Part shown: piece after piece, positions 63,765-64,000 of the stretch
Position numbering within the stretch: position 1 is the first letter of the stretch
Layout of the letters: each line of letters opens with the position of its first letter
Assembly: GCA_013239625.1 (NCBI GenBank)
Contig: MU053487.1
Location: 2,873,058-2,937,057, forward strand
DNA from: Lama guanicoe
Lineage: Eukaryota
Direction of reading: 5' to 3'
Length of the DNA: 64,000 nt
Made by a program: the position numbers and the translations under genes
The notes under the pieces: model-generated
Told to the model about the DNA's origin: nothing
Databases searched by the model: none
The model's input: only the letters and a program-made list of their open reading frames with translations

Positions 63765-64000
63765 TGGATGAATTCCTGTCTCTAAAATTTGCCTACCAGG
63801 CCCTCCTCCGTGTCCAAGCCCACCTCTCCTGCCTGGTTTCTGGCCACTGCCACACAGCATTCATGCAAAGCTTGCCCATATTGAACTCCTAGGCTCTCTA
63901 GGCACAAGCCTACTGTTCGCACCTCCATGCTTTTGCACATGCTGTTCCTCTCTGCCTGGAATTCCTTCCCACGCTCCCTTTACTCTCTTGAAGTTCTCTT
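63765..64000 (+). mobile_element. L2 fragment running off the window end
   Basis: cacctccatgcttttgcacatgctgttcctctctgcctggaattccttccc. Confidence 0.75.

Noticed and set aside
1..64000. A novel multi-gene system, CRISPR array or prokaryote-style operon
   Set aside because: The sequence is mammalian intron/exon DNA; I saw no regularly spaced repeat-spacer array and no long ORFs with recognisable domains beyond ITGA9 exons and L1 debris
45267..64000. Next ITGA9 exon or exons of an ITGA9-AS1 orthologue
   Set aside because: No integrin-like continuation found by eye, so the next exon is probably beyond the window; lncRNA exons cannot be called from sequence alone

Overview
Mammalian genomic DNA, most likely from a camelid. 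That assignment is inferred from six tRNA-Ala-derived SINEs resembling the camelid Vic-1 family and from artiodactyl-type L1 3' ends. The window lies inside the integrin alpha-9 gene (ITGA9) on the + strand. Five internal coding exons (25732-25818, 29891-29970, 37262-37351, 39720-39828, 45159-45266; 87/80/90/109/108 nt) have canonical AG/GT boundaries and splice into one 158-codon open frame of ectodomain leg (calf region) sequence. They are probably the orthologues of human exons 19-23 (numbering from memory). The rest is intron: L1, L2, MIR, MaLR/ERVL LTR and DNA-transposon fossils, microsatellites and two CpG-dense patches. Almost all ORFs in the supplied track are spurious. I found no convincing novel multi-gene system. 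The best leads are a candidate internal promoter before the first exon, an in-frame read-through plus L1-derived poly(A) signal that could give a secreted isoform, inverted SINE pairs around exons, two miniature twin-primed L1 insertions and candidate endothelial-type enhancers. Repeat family names and most repeat boundaries are by-eye calls and approximate.
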